The notes under the pieces are model-generated. The model ran no database searches and was not told the origin of the DNA. It saw only the letters and a program-made list of their open reading frames with translations. Shown piece after piece: positions 38,050 through 52,261 of a stretch of 64,000 nucleotides of DNA. Made by a program: the position numbers and the translations under genes. The DNA is from Callorhinchus milii. Taxonomy: Eukaryota. The number at the start of each line of letters is the position of its first letter. Position 1 is the stretch's first letter. The stretch is taken from contig NW_024704743.1 in the NCBI RefSeq assembly GCF_018977255.1, positions 52,764,001 through 52,828,000 on the forward strand, read 5' to 3'.

Positions 38050-38145
38050 AATACAGAGCAGGTTTGTTTGGGTTGAGATCCCATTCTGCGCTGGGTTAGC
38101 TGGTCTCAGCCAGTGCAGTGGTTGAGGCACTACAATTGGACCACT
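38050..38145 (+). mobile_element. AmnSINE2-like fragment
   Basis: ctgcgctgggttagctggtctcagcc...gcactacaattgg. Confidence 0.5.
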
Positions 38146-39649
38146 TAAACAAGATGCTGGAAGGCTGTCAGCAACATGAGAATCAATCTCAAGTGTGGAG
38201 TTATGAGATGAGGTGGGAAGCAAAATGGTTTCATAATCGCAGGTGCGAGCTGTTAAACTTTGCCAGCTATAGGAATATTACCAGAGCACAGCTTTCATGA
38301 AAAAGTCCATTAGCAATCATTGTTCATGCATCAAGCACTCTGAGACACTACCCTGCGTGGAGGGCGCTATATAAGTGCAAGTTGTTATTGTTATCAAACT
38401 CACAATGTGTATGAACACATTATTTCATCATTAAATCTAATTCTGAAGAAATTGCTTTGTAGCTATTCCAGGTCTTTCCCCATCCCAAGTAAGGTTCATC
38501 TTTTAAAGAGCAGTTTGTATTGAAGAACGCAGCACATGTTACTTATGTTACATCACTAACACTTGCAGCATAGCAATTGGGAAATGGTTATATGGTCAAA
38601 CGATTGCTTGTGACTGAAAACAATCCGAGGCTGTGAGAAGAGTAAGAACTCTGCTGTCACGATTCAGCAGCTAAATCATTTGCAGAGTTTCAAGTTGCTT
38701 CAGAAAACAACTTCAACGATGACAGCTTGCATTTCTATATTTCTACCCTAAAGACTACCCTAAAGTTAGTCAAGTTTCTCTAATTCTTTGTCATAATATT
38801 CAGCAGTGACCATTGCAACGGAGAGGAAACAGGAGCAAAGTTTCAGAATGTTTGACCCTATTCAATCAGGGAATTAGAGCTTATCCTTGTCACAGTTCTC
38901 CACAGGCTTTCTGAGTTGATGTTAACTTGTGTATTTCAGCAGCTAGCAAATAACCAATATTGTTGTATGTGGTATAATTTTGGGTATGCATTAACCAATT
39001 CATTGTGCTAATTAAATTAATAATTGGATTACAACTACCATAGATTTTATTCCAGTAATTTCTGGCAATTTTAATTCTTAAAACGTATCCCTCTTGAGCT
39101 GCGACAAATTGTTTCTTCCTTAATTTCTTTCTTGCAGAAAACTCAAATGGCTTTTCAAAGTTGAAAAGGGCATTCAGTCTTTGAATGGTTAATACAGCAA
39201 ATCTGCAATAAAATACAGTATCTGCTGCATTAAAACTGGGTTAGATTTCTAACTGCGTGTGAGGAGGCTCAGACTCCAAATGGAGGCGTCTTTTTCAATT
39301 CATAGAAATTCTTCCATACACTAACCGCAACAGCACTGAGAAAATGGTAAGCCAATAATAACCGTGGCTTCCTCAATTAACAGAGCTTCCTTTACAGTTC
39401 CAGTTATCCAGCATGCTAAGAGTGTAAAATGTTTTTGCAGTGTATTACAGCTTCAATTGATGCTTATCAGTTTAGACAACCTGTGAAATCCTTTTATTTC
39501 ATTAAAACTTTAGAAGGATGAGATATATTTATTGCATAATTTGAAACTGACAAAAACTGAATTAACCAGCATCGTGTGTTTACATCCTCTTCAGAATGTT
39601 CTATGATGTGGGTTAATGGGGTTTGAAAAAATGTCCTTCACTGAAAGCA

Positions 39650-39860
39650 ATAGAGTTACTGGCACTAGAATAAGGGCTTCATGGAGTAAACTGGATCTCC
39701 AGCACGGAAACCCAGGTACGTCATGCTGACTCACAAGACCCAGAGGTGGAGCCGAAGCCGAAGCCTTGCGAGTCAGCGGGACGTACACAATATTCCCTGC
39801 TGGAGATGCTTGTTTCGCCGAGAGATGCTTATTCTAGTGGTAAGTTGCCAGGAACACTTC
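39650..39860. repeat. Long imperfect palindrome (hairpin)
   Basis: Inner stem 39716-39737 pairs with 39765-39786. Outer arms: atctccagca/tgctggagat and cactagaataag/cttattctagtg. Confidence 0.88.
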
Positions 39861-41630
39861 CTTGAACAGTGCTTTCTTCAATCCAGATGTGTTACATTTG
39901 AAAATAGCTCTGCCTGCAAACAGCCTAGTGTTTCAGGTAGATCTTGCAATCCGACGTTGTTTCTTTTTTTTGATTTGATTATGTTGTGAAACATGCTTAT
40001 CACAAAAACTCACAATTACTGCATGGCTCTGAATACTTAACGCGAATAATAGATATTTCTGCTGAAACAGTTGCCTGATACAACACTTATCATTAATCCA
40101 GTCTGAACACAGACTTGGTGGGATGAATGTCCTGTTTCTGTTCTGTAACACTTCTAAGATTCTAAGAATGGTTGTTTCTTTCATTTTTATTAAGATTCGT
40201 CATGTGTGCCTTGAATGTATTGTATTTGACAAAGAACATCTTTACTTGGATTCTACTTTGTAGCTATCAAATTAGCTCTAGCTTCATAGAAAACTGCCTG
40301 GCAAACCTTTTCTGTTTGTTTGCAAACACACATTTGGATGGAAACTGTATTGAAAGCCATCTCCTTCAAAATACAGACTTTACAATAAATCCAGTGAAGC
40401 GCTTTGAAACATCCTCCTGATATGAAAAGTGCTATATCAAATGCAAGGATTATTATTATATTATCTCTATGTCAGTTGTACGTGACAATATTCTGAAGAA
40501 AAGGTTTTTGTTTTTCTTAACTAATGCCTGTCAGAATACGCACAGTCAATAGAATATCTTAGCCAAGAAACAGTCAGAGTCAAGCCCTTTTGATTGTAGA
40601 ATACAAGCTAGAGAGGAAAGTTTCCAGTCCAGTACAGGTTAATGGGCTCCAGTTCCAGGCACTGACAGTCCAGATATTGTCCACTAAGAGGGAAATTTAG
40701 TGTTCAGAGTAAAGTGTTGCAAAAAGAACTGGAAGGCAAAATGGCAGCTTCCCTATCCTCATTGTGCAAAAGCAGTTTACATCGACTTCCATAGCCTCAG
40801 CGTTCGCTGGACATGAGCATATTCAAGCTTCACTACCAGTATGAATGGATTGCCTTCAGTACGGGACTCCCCGCATTTCTCAAACCCATTCAAGTTTGAA
40901 AAAGATAAATAAGAACAAATCAATTGATATATGGTATGATGGTTTGATTCGTAAGTTTAAATGCCACTGAAACTGCCAGCAAAGGCATTGGAGCTATTGC
41001 CTCTTACATAATAAGATACATTGAGTTTACATGTGGTCTTATGAATATATCTATTCTTTTGGGGTAAAAATTCCAACTGGAATTTATCAGAGGAATTTAT
41101 GATGCAATTTGTACAATTAAATAGAGTGTTCCTTTTTGATACAGGAAGAAGTTCAGGAGTCTTTTTTGGAAAATATTTTGTAACACTGCCAAAACTTCAA
41201 TTAAATCCCAGTAACTTCTTAATTGTGTACCAAGTACTTTATTCTGTAAATTTGACCTGCGTTAAGACCATCTTTCCTTCATGGCTGGCAGATTTGGTGC
41301 AAGCATTCACAAAGCTTAGAAGGACCTTTAACAATAGAATTTCTTTTTATCATATCCATAAATTTTCCTTCCCATGCTGACTATTTAAGGACTTTCCAAG
41401 ACACTTTCATTCTGCCCTTCACAGGCCATCTTGTTGAGCTCCCTAACCATCTTGCATGTCAGGCTGTAATTAGCTGCTACTCTTTCCATTTGTTGGATAG
41501 TGCTATCAATACTGGCCGCACCTTATGGAATTTCCCTGCATTACCGAACCGGGACAAAATAAATTATACTTTTCCATTTCCTCTTCAACCGATTTGCTCC
41601 CGGAATTTCTAGCCCTTGATGTGCTCTTAA

Positions 41631-42231
<601 letters not shown>

Positions 42232-43094
42232 AATTTAGATTTTTTTTAGTGATACTTATTTGGATTTTAACTTGCTTCATTATTGTTATTGTTCTGATTT
42301 GGTATGCTCTTCCAATTGGCATAGTGGCTGTATGAGAAATGAAAATACTATAAATTAATGCAAATTGGTTTTTAAGAGTTAGCCAGTAATGTAATCAGTC
42401 CCTGATACTATCCAGTAACCTTCTCATTGAGTTTTCTAACAACACAACTCTAGTTGTTGTGGATATCTTCACTGTGATGCCACACCATGAGATTACAGGG
42501 AACTCTGGTTGACTCTTTTCTCACAGGCCAGTTACATGCACATATCAGGATGTTTTATTATCTACAGTTTCCAGTCAACTGCATGTGTGAAACCTGGAAT
42601 GAGAAGCTTTTATCAACTGTTCAACCTTATTGTAAATTCTGAAATGAGTTCAAGTCAATATTTATTTGAATGACTTTATTCTAAAGGTCAACAATGCATA
42701 CAATATTTTGAGGCTGCTAATTTAAATTTTAGTCACAGTAATCCACATGGTCCACATATACATTTATATGTGGAGGATGGAGGTTTCAGCGGAGTACAAA
42801 CAATGGCAAGGACAAGTTGGTCTGAATGGCCTGTTTTGGTGCTGAACGGGCTATGTATTTCACCTATGGACAAATCAACCCAGGCTGCTATCTACCTCGC
42901 ACCTTCCCACGTCTGTCCAGGCCAAGCTTCAATAGGACCTTCTTTTTGAATTACTCTTCTTGCCATTGCTTAAATAATAAAGAAAGGGAAAAATGGAAAC
43001 TAATTCCATGCACAACATGCTGGATAACAGCAAGCTCAGTAATTTAAATCCAGGTCCATTGAAACCACTGCCACTGAGTTTGGCAGCATAGAGC

Positions 43095-43830
43095 ACAACA
43101 ACAACTTACACTTATACAGTGCCTTTCAAAGACCTGTACAGAAGGAGTAGAAGCCCGAGCCCTGTAAAATAAGGGCGGGTAAGAGGAAGATGGGTTAAAA
43201 GAGGTAGGGAAGAGGCAAGACGGTTGCCAGCACCAATACTACCAGCGACATTTCTACCAAGACAGAGAAAGCCCAAATGAGTGGAAAGAGACTCCATCGC
43301 TATGGTCACCAAGTGAGAGATGATGAATAGGAGAGGACCAAGGACAGATGCCTTGAGGAATGCAGCAAGTGACAGGGTTGGGGCAGGAGGAGAAGCCATT
43401 CAAAAGATGAAGTGAATATGGGATAATAGGAACCCAGGAAGACCCAGAAGCATGGAGGTGGAGCAGGAAGAAGAGATGTTGAAGAAGTTAGAATGATCAG
43501 TTCTACAAGTCAACAAGTCAAAATCAACAGAGAATGAAAAGGCAGTAGAATGGTTGAGGATGGAGAGAATGTCATTGGTGACTTTCACTAGGGCAGACTT
43601 GATACTTATGGGCATGGCTTAAATTGGACTGGAGGGGCTCGAGGATGGAGTGGTGGGAGAGAAAGAAGTGAAGCTGGGTTGTGATCCATTATTCTGGCAC
43701 AGGGAGAGGAAAGATAGGTAGGTTGGAGATGGGTCAGTAGCTGGAGAGCATGAAAGGGCTTCTTGAGGAGGGTGCGATGATGGCAGTTTTGAAAGAGGTG
43801 CTGTGCCAGTGAAACGAGAGACATTGTTAG
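43095..43830 (-). mobile_element. Old L2 LINE fragment(s)
   Basis: SALVKVTNDIL and SVLGPLLFII segments; tail near 43095-43130. Confidence 0.75.
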
Positions 43831-46800
43831 CTAGCAAATTTGCCTACATTGGTGAGTAAGCAGATTGGATTCTCCTTGGGTTGGTAAAGTTGCTGACATT
43901 GGTAAATAGGCACCATTGCATGCTAAATAGCATGCTAAATAATAGAATACAATGCAAATTTATATTTATACAGCGCTTTTCAGGAGATGTCCCACTGCAC
44001 TTCAAAATAAATAGACAGTTCTTTAACAACAATGAAATATTATAGATGTGAACCGCATCAGGGATTACAGTCAATACAGACAGAGCTTAAACAAAGCAAT
44101 TAATGAAATGATGCTTTTTTTATTCTATTCTTAAACATTTGTTTTCTCTATGAGGAAGTTGTTTGCCACCAAATGTCCTCACCAGCTGGGAAAATAAAAA
44201 AATATGAATAATGTTTTCTCTATCTTCATTCCCTTCAACCTCCACCCCCTCTCTCTCTCCCTCCATGATCTTATTCACATCCCCAACAGAGCAGTTCTCT
44301 TCCACTCCGTTTTCTTCACAAGAAACCCCAAGTGAGAACTGTTGAAGTAGATCCGTCAAGCCAAGTGCACAGACCGACAATGGACTTGTGACTTGCCACT
44401 TTACTCCTCAAGTGCCCTGGGTCCTCAACATTGCCATTATACTTAGCAACCTTGAGTATTGACTATCCCTTTTCAGCTTGGTAGGGAAGACTATGTTTAC
44501 TTACATATAAAAAGGTGCTAATTTTTTTCTGTTAATGTACGGGCAATCAGCAAGGTGCCATTTTTGTCTACCAGGACACCAGTCATATAAAGAATGAGAG
44601 ATTCATAAGAATTAATACTAAACTGTGAAGTTGAAACTACTCACAACAGATATGACTAGTTATCTTAGCCGAATCTCTGAAGCCCTCCACAAAGTTAATG
44701 ATGAGATGTGAAATGAGGCTGTAAAATTGAGTAACTGGAAAAATTTGTCGCCACATTAAACTGAAATCACATAGTTTGGGGCAAAATGACATGAAGCCAC
44801 TTGTTACTGAAATTAAGGTAGTTATAGCCGTTAGCTTGTTTCTGTGGTTAGCCTCTAACGACAATGTAAGTGGTAGGTTTTGAATGATTTATAGCTCTCT
44901 GCGTTCCCTGTAAGTTATCTCCAGACAGTCTGCTGTTGCACAGCCGAAACATCAAAGTCATCCTGACAATATTGAGAGCAAACTTAACAGGGTGCAGTTC
45001 TTATCTCTTCTGAGCATTTTTTGCAATGGATAGATTGCCAGCGTTCCTTTGGATTTTATTTTGGAACAAAACATTGTTTGCTCTGTGTATTGAATGAAAA
45101 AATGAATTTATAAAAACATTGTTCATCTCCACTGACTTGTTTCAAGTTTCAATCCTGGAAAGATCTATGTTACTTTATGTGTGAAAATCACTATTCCCTT
45201 CTGGAAATAGCAATGGTAGAGGGAGAAGACAGTATAGTTGGTTGTAATATTGATTTATGCAGATACAAAGGAAACATTTAAACTATTTGTCAGCAAACAT
45301 TCACCAGTGTGTGATTGCCTTTGCTAAATCCCTCCCTCCCTTCTTTCAAATTAATTAATGAATCATTAAGCATTATGCCCCTATTGCTTCCAGAAGGATC
45401 TTGTGGTAAGGTGTGAGAGGCCAGGGCAGGGCATGTTCCGCTATTATTCTTAGTCTTGGTTGAGGTGGATCAGTGTCGCATTGTCAAGTTTTTAACTATG
45501 AGGCTACATGGCAGAGCCCGAACCTGTCCACACACAATTTACATTTATATAGTACCATTTATGGATACAGAAATTATATTTTATAAGGTCAAGTTTCAGA
45601 CAGGCACTCAGAAGTATTTCTTGAATCTATTTGGTAAAATGAAATGAATCCTTCATTCAGTATAGTTGCATGTAGTTTTGTTGAATCATTTTGCATCGAC
45701 AATTGTAGAAATAATGACTGGTTTGGAATTTCTTGATATCTGGTGTGTGCACATGAAACCAAGAAAGCTAACAGCTAGTGTCTGTCACAATCCGATAATT
45801 TAGATTAGCAGCTAGTTCCCATGAGACTTCAACACCATGTAAACACAAACAACTACTTTCTGTCAGTTAAACTGAATGACGAATATTTTGAAATTGTCAA
45901 CGGATTCCCTTTCCATGCCAACTAACTGATCTGTCATTGCAATGCATATTCCAATGAGAAAATTATGAAAGCTGTATTCCCACCACTCTGTTCCGCCCAG
46001 CCTCCCCCAAGCCCAATGATTGCTAAACTGTGTCAATGGGACTTCCCCTCGGTGGCACAGGACGCAGGGGAAGTAGCTGGAACAATCTGAGACCAGTAGC
46101 AGGCTTGTCCTGGTGGATTTAAGGCAACCATCCATTCTGAAGAAAATGAATTAACTTTCCACTCAAACCACACAACACAGATTTATGAATAGATTACCTT
46201 TCCCTGAGACAGTTCCCTCCGTCACTCTTCAAGCCTCATCTCTACTCCTGACTAACTCCTACTAGTACACATCTTTCAGTCAGAAGTTGGGGAATTAATT
46301 TACTGTCAGATTTTGTTTCCCTTGTCAACGTTCACAGACTTCTGATAATAAAGGCTGGATTTTCAATTTGATGTATCTTCTTTTCAAAAGCTGTGGTACA
46401 TCAAACTCAGGCCCAGTCTAAAAGAACCCATGATACTATTCAAAAAGATGTGGGATAATTTCCCAGTATTGTGTGAATCCTCCAGATAAGTAATTCACTT
46501 CACAGCTGTTCAATGGACCTTGCACAAAATGCCTTTGAATTCAAGATCACCACACGTTACAGCAATTACCTATGAAGTGACCATGCTTTCAGTCATCTTT
46601 CTCCTCCTGCTTCCCTTTGCTGCCACCCCCCAGCTCGGGTGCCCATCCAACATAGGTCAACAGTATTGAGATGAGAAGCTGACACGAAAGGCGCTATATA
46701 AATGTAAATTGTATTGTAAGTGCTCTGACATGTTTCAATATTATAAAGCTATAATGAATACAAATATTATTATTATAACTGTATTGATCTGAAAATTGAG

Positions 46801-47789
46801 ATCTTTGAAGTAACATAATTGTATGTTTTTTGCCAACCTATTTGGCAGGACAGTTTAGATCTGAATGTCCAATCGGACAGTAAGGTTTACACACACCCCT
46901 GACAGACTGACGGGCTCCGTCCTAATGACAATAATATTTGACAAACCATTGTTTGTTTAAGTGGAGGTAAGAAACGTGCGTCATTTTTGCCTCTATGACG
47001 CCACGTGCAAGTGATGGGTTGAGAGTGCTTTATTATCATTGCTGCGTGTGTTTGTAAACAAATATTAAATAAAAATTGCGAAACACTTTTCATGACAACA
47101 GTACCTCTTTGAGGTGATGCCAAGCTGGGAATGAGCTCTCAATGCAAACATTGTATTGGTATAACGCACGTGCCGAGAGATAATTCTTGTCTCTTGCGAG
47201 AGAATTTTGTTTGTATTGAACCAAATGTTAACACAGAGTCATGTTTGAGGTCGTGGCAACTCCTTTTTATTTGTATTTTCAAATGTGGCATGAAAGGACA
47301 GATACAGTACAACATTCCTCCAGCCTGCCTTTCTGGTAATCGCTGTTTGTATTAACTTGAAATGACCTGTGGACAGTATTACATTACAGAAAAACTAAAT
47401 GTTAGCACTTCGTAGGTCAAGCAAAATAACATTTTAATAATGATTTGGGGTATTCATTATGAAGTTATAATTTTAGAAAAATGTAAAGTGGTAACTGGAG
47501 AAATGGGAACTCTTTAACAGTTGTTGTGATCTTGATTAACAGCAATGTTAATGGGTTGACACAAGACTTTGAGATGCTGAGGGACAAGACAAAGCCAACA
47601 TATCGCAAGCAAAGAAAATTAGAATGATTGGGACCCACCCTGGAACCCGAACTGGGTAACCAACAGTTCAATTACAAATTTCTCAGAGACTAATTTAATC
47701 CCTTGCAGACCTGATTCATAACATAAAGATAGTGAGGAAACATTCTGTTTCAGGAATGGTATTAAAATTGTGGAGTTAATCTATTATGA

Positions 47790-48196
47790 TATAATAATCC
47801 TTGCTTTTGATGTAGTGTCCACGTCCTCCCACGTCGGGCGGATGTTTCAAAGCGCTTCACAGGATACACTGTAAAGTGCAGGGACTCTTAAATTTTGTTG
47901 GCAAATGCAACCAGCCAATTTGCACACAGCACTATTCCATAAACAACCATGAAGTGAATAGTCAATTCTATTTGGGGATTTTTTGGCCAGGGCAGCAGAT
48001 GAAACTCACTTCTTTTTTCAAATAGTGCAATAGGACCCTTAACAGCCACCTGAATAGGCAATGGGTTTATATTCTCATCCTGCACTGAACTGGAGTGTCA
48101 GCCATGACTATATGAATTGAAATTCCCGACTGGGGCTTGAATCCACAATCTTCTGACTCAGAGACAAGAGTGCTACCAACTGAGACAGTCTGACAT
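47790..48196 (-). mobile_element. Near full-length SacSINE1-like Deu-domain SINE
   Basis: Head (reverse complement) tgtcagactgtctcagttggtagcactcttgtctctgagtcagaagattgtggattcaagcccc, then Deu body and shared tail. Confidence 0.82.
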
Positions 48197-48469
48197 AATT
48201 GATCATAGGCATCTTTCCTACACTGGTGGCTCTGTCAATAGTAAGATGCTGTTTATTCATGTTTATTCCTGATATGTCTGTGCCTCTCTCCGAGACCAGC
48301 TTAGCAATGTCCTAAGTGTGGAGGTGGGGGAAGAAGGTAGTAAAATGACTAGACATAAAATACACATGTTAAAGCCAAGGTCAAATATAGCCAAGTATTA
48401 CTAATGTCAACTATCTGAATACTTGACAATTGGATAAATTTGTTGAAATTTGGCTGAAATAAAAACATA

Positions 48470-48622
48470 GACATGTGTGGTGCATAAAAAGGTCATTTGC
48501 TCCATCATGTCTGTGCTGGCTCCCTCAAGAGCAATCCTTTCAGTCTTACTTGCCTGCTTTTCCCCATCCCCCTGTAACTTACACTGTTTAAAGTATTTGT
48601 CAAGTTTCCCCTTGAAGGCCAA
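48470..48622 (-). mobile_element. CR1 3' end
   Basis: AFKGKLDKY segment followed by CR1 3' UTR (gagccagcacagacatgatgg). Confidence 0.7.
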
Positions 48623-48879
48623 TCCTAGAGAAATGGTGAAGATAAAAACTAGAAAAATAACAGGGGAAAAAATGGAATTTTAGTTTTATGAAGTTAGAGG
48701 AACCATAAAGGGTGACAAAGACAAGAATGAAGCACAAAGGAAGAGCTTGCATTTGACATCACTTCAAACATCTCAAAGCATTTCACGGGTAATTGTTGTT
48801 CAGGTCAACATGTTTTTTTAGGCAAGTATAGCCACCATTTGTGCCAACAAATTCACAGAGCACAATGCATCACCATGCC

Positions 48880-49387
48880 TATAATCGTCCTTCTCATGAC
48901 AAGTTGAATCGAGTCCCATCTGCCTAATTAATAATAATAATAATCCTTGCATTTGATATAGCGCTTTTCACGTCGGGAGGACGTCCCAAAGCGCTTCACA
49001 GAACACACTGTAAAGTGAATTGACTGTATATTTGTGGGCGAACGCGGCAGCCAATTGCGCACAGCAATGTCCCACAAACAGTCGTAGATTGAAAATGACC
49101 AATTTAATTATTGTTTTTAGTTTAATTAGGTGGACATTAAAGATCCTATGACATTATTTGAAAAGAGAAGGGAGTTTCTCCCGGTGCCTTGGCCAACAAT
49201 CCCCAAATTATATTGGTCACTCACTCCATGGCTGTTTGTAGGATATTGCTATGTGAAACTGGCTGCTGCATTTCGCCCGCCAAATACACAGTTAATCCAC
49301 TTTACAATATATCCTCTGAAGCGCTTTGAGACGTCTCAATGACATGAAAAGGTACTATATCAAATGCAAGGCTTAAGATTATTATTA
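48880..49387 (+). mobile_element. Older Deu-domain SINE split by a younger antisense SINE
   Basis: gagtcccatctgcc[taatta]...[taatta]ggtggacattaaagatcctatg rejoins into the Deu-type body. Confidence 0.8.
48931..49122 (-). mobile_element. Young 5'-truncated SINE with TAATTA target-site duplication
   Basis: About 170 bp read as identical to 33377-33550. TAATTA at 48925-48930 and 49123-49128. Confidence 0.9.
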
Positions 49388-50021
49388 ACAAGGTCACCCA
49401 ATCAACCATGAAGCAAATGAAATAGAAATAGGAGAGCTCCCAGTGACACACTGCCCGAATCATACATGTAACATGGATTGACTCTTGCAAGTCCTCAGAC
49501 GATTTCCAGCCCTTCTAAGGAAGAAGGAAAATCATAAGATTAAATACACTGCCACCATTTTTGGGAACCTGCTATCAGGAAGTTTAGATTTGGCAAATAC
49601 CCACTCCTTAGCTCACTTTAAAAAGCTGACCTATTTTTGCAGTATATTTCTTCAAAAATAAACACAGCTCCATGTGTTTAAGTGAGTTTACAATCTGCGT
49701 CACTCTTTCTGATCATAAATGCCAATTCTAACATCTCGCTGTTATTGATAGCTCTGTGAGTTCATGGTGGTAGAACCCTGCCTGTCGTTCAGTTAAGGAA
49801 CGATATATTGTTGGAGGCCTAAAGAGGGGGAAAGCAAGTCACAAAAGGCAAACAAAAATAAAAGTAAGCCAGTAACAAATTGACAGGTGAAGAAAGAATA
49901 GACTGAGTAATTAAAATATGAAGTGAAATAAGAAATACCAACACTTGGAGGAAACAAAGATTTATAAAGAATGTACAGCATGGAGACAGGCCTCTCGGCC
50001 CAACCAGTCCATGTTTATACT

Positions 50022-50580
50022 CAACAATAATAACAACTTGCAAATTTATATAGCGCCCTTCACTCAGGGTAGCATCTCAGAGCGCTTAACAGTTGCAGGG
50101 TCTCATGCTGAGTCGGGGAAGTGGGGAGGTATAAATGTAGGCGCAGTCAAAGAGGAAGGTCTTCAGGTGTGAACTGAAAACGGGGAAGGAGGAGGCAAGG
50201 CAGAGGGATTGAAGGAGAAAATTCCAGAGTTTCAAGGCTGTAAAGCATGGCCGTCGTTGGTGGAGTAGAGAGGACAAGGGAAAAGGAAGAGGCCGGAGCC
50301 AACCAAGCGGAGACGGTGGGTGGTGGAGTGGGGAGTAAGCAGGCTGGTAGAGAGTTGTCAGGGCATGAAGGGATTTGTAGACTAGAGAGAGGATCTTTAA
50401 GTCGATCCGTTCTGTGATAGGCAGTAGGTGGAGCCTGGGGAGAACTGGTGTGATGGGGGTACAGAATTTAGTGCATGTGAGTATATGGGCAGCGGGGTTT
50501 GGAATAAATTGGACTTTGTGGATAGTGAAGCTAGGGAGACCAGTGAGGAAGGTTTTGGAATAGTTGAGGTGGGAGTCTTC
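50022..50580 (-). mobile_element. L2 LINE 3' fragment
   Basis: ITPVLPRLHLLPITERIDLKIL and LKTFLFD segments; L2 tail. Confidence 0.85.
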
Positions 50581-51049
50581 ACCATTCCTCACTCCCTCCC
50601 ATATACCTTTCTATCCCCCTCTCCTCATGTGAAGGTCTAGAACGAGAGAAAATAAAAGATTAAAAACATGATTAAACATTTTTTGACTGAAGACAAGAGA
50701 CAGTTCGGGACAGGAACTTTCCATTTGGCAGGAGGTTTCTCAGGAGATTGCAGAGATAGAGTGGGGCATGAAGACACTTACAAGTGAGGAGGATTTTGAA
50801 TCTGTTCCAATGAGGTTCTTGGTTCAAATCCAGATCTTGTGACCCAGAGCATTCTTTGTTCATTGACAAAAATGGAAAATTATTCCATTCCCAAAGCACT
50901 GACATCCCTCACCTTAATGAACACATGAATTCATCAAAACATTTAAACTAAAAATGTATATTTAAGATGTAAGCATTCAGCTGGAGGCAAGAAATTCAAG
51001 CTTTAGTTTATACATAGAGGCTTCTTTTATAAACACAAATAGTCTGCTA

Positions 51050-51400
51050 ATAACGAGGCATGAGAAAGTCCAGTTATGAAGAATTTTGAAAAGTTAGGTC
51101 TATTTTCACTAGAGGTGGGAACGTTAAAAGGGACCCAAGAGAGGTCTTCAAGATAATAAAGGGTAAATAGCGATAGATTATTTCCCCTGCTGTTTGAGCC
51201 AGTAGCAAGAGAGTGCAAATTTAAGATAACCACAAAAAAAATTAAAGGGGAAGTTAGAAAATGTTCTTCACAGAACTGTTTGGAATGTGAAATTCTCTGC
51301 CACAAACCGTTGAAGCAGAATTCTTAAATTCTAAGGGAATTAAATGCTTGAAGAAGAGGAAAGACTAAAGTTATGGGGAACAAGCAAGAGGGCAGGATTA
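51050..51400 (+). mobile_element. CR1 ORF2 C-terminal remnant
   Basis: agttatgaaga...ttaggtctattttcactagag (LGLFSLE), gaggtcttcaagataataaaggg (EVFKIIKG) and gatagattatttccc (DRLFP). Confidence 0.75.
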
Positions 51401-52261
51401 AGGGAGTTTCCAGTGTCTTGGCCAATAACCATGCCCCACCCCCCTTCAATAAAATGAGTCTATTACTTCATGTCTGCTTGTGGGACATTGCTAGGTGGAA
51501 ACTAGCACCGCAATCAAAATATACAATCAAATCACTCACTACACATTACAGTAAATCCTGTAAAATGATTGGAGCCAACCCTCTGATGTGAAAGGCACTA
51601 TATCAGATGTAGGAATTATTGTTATTATCAGGCTAGGTGGTTGATGTATATAACGATCAGCGCAGACTTGATGTACTAAATGGTCTGTGCAGTAATATTC
51701 TATGATTCTATGAATTCTACCAACTCGGAGCTGTTTAATCTATGTCACTCACCCTAGTGTTAATACCTCCTGCGTGCGCGGTGCTGGGAAACAGGTTTCA
51801 CCTGGTGTTTACTGTCACTGCCAGGAGAAAGTAAGGAAAATAGGAGCATCAAATTACCGCCCACTCAAAAAATCAAGCTCAATGTGTTTCTGAAAGGCCA
51901 TTGTCAAATTTCAGTTCAAACTTCCTATCTAAAAGCTTTGAATCAAGAGATTAATCCAATTTAATAATGAATCTGAATCTACTTCAGTGCCTTTGTGCTC
52001 AACAGGTGTTGATATTTGTTCTCAGAGCCATGACTTTGGCATCTACCTCGAAAGCCTGCTTCAAATGTTTGGCTCCCTGTTGAAAAGTGCAGTCATCTGG
52101 TTAGTCACCTGGCACATTTTTCTGTAAGAGAACACGTTGATTAAATGACAGGGAAATTACAAAGTAGGTATGTTATATTGCGTGGATCTTAAAACTTACC
52201 AGTGTCGTCAACAACAACTACAACAACAACAAAATTACATTTATAGTGCGCCTTTCACGTC

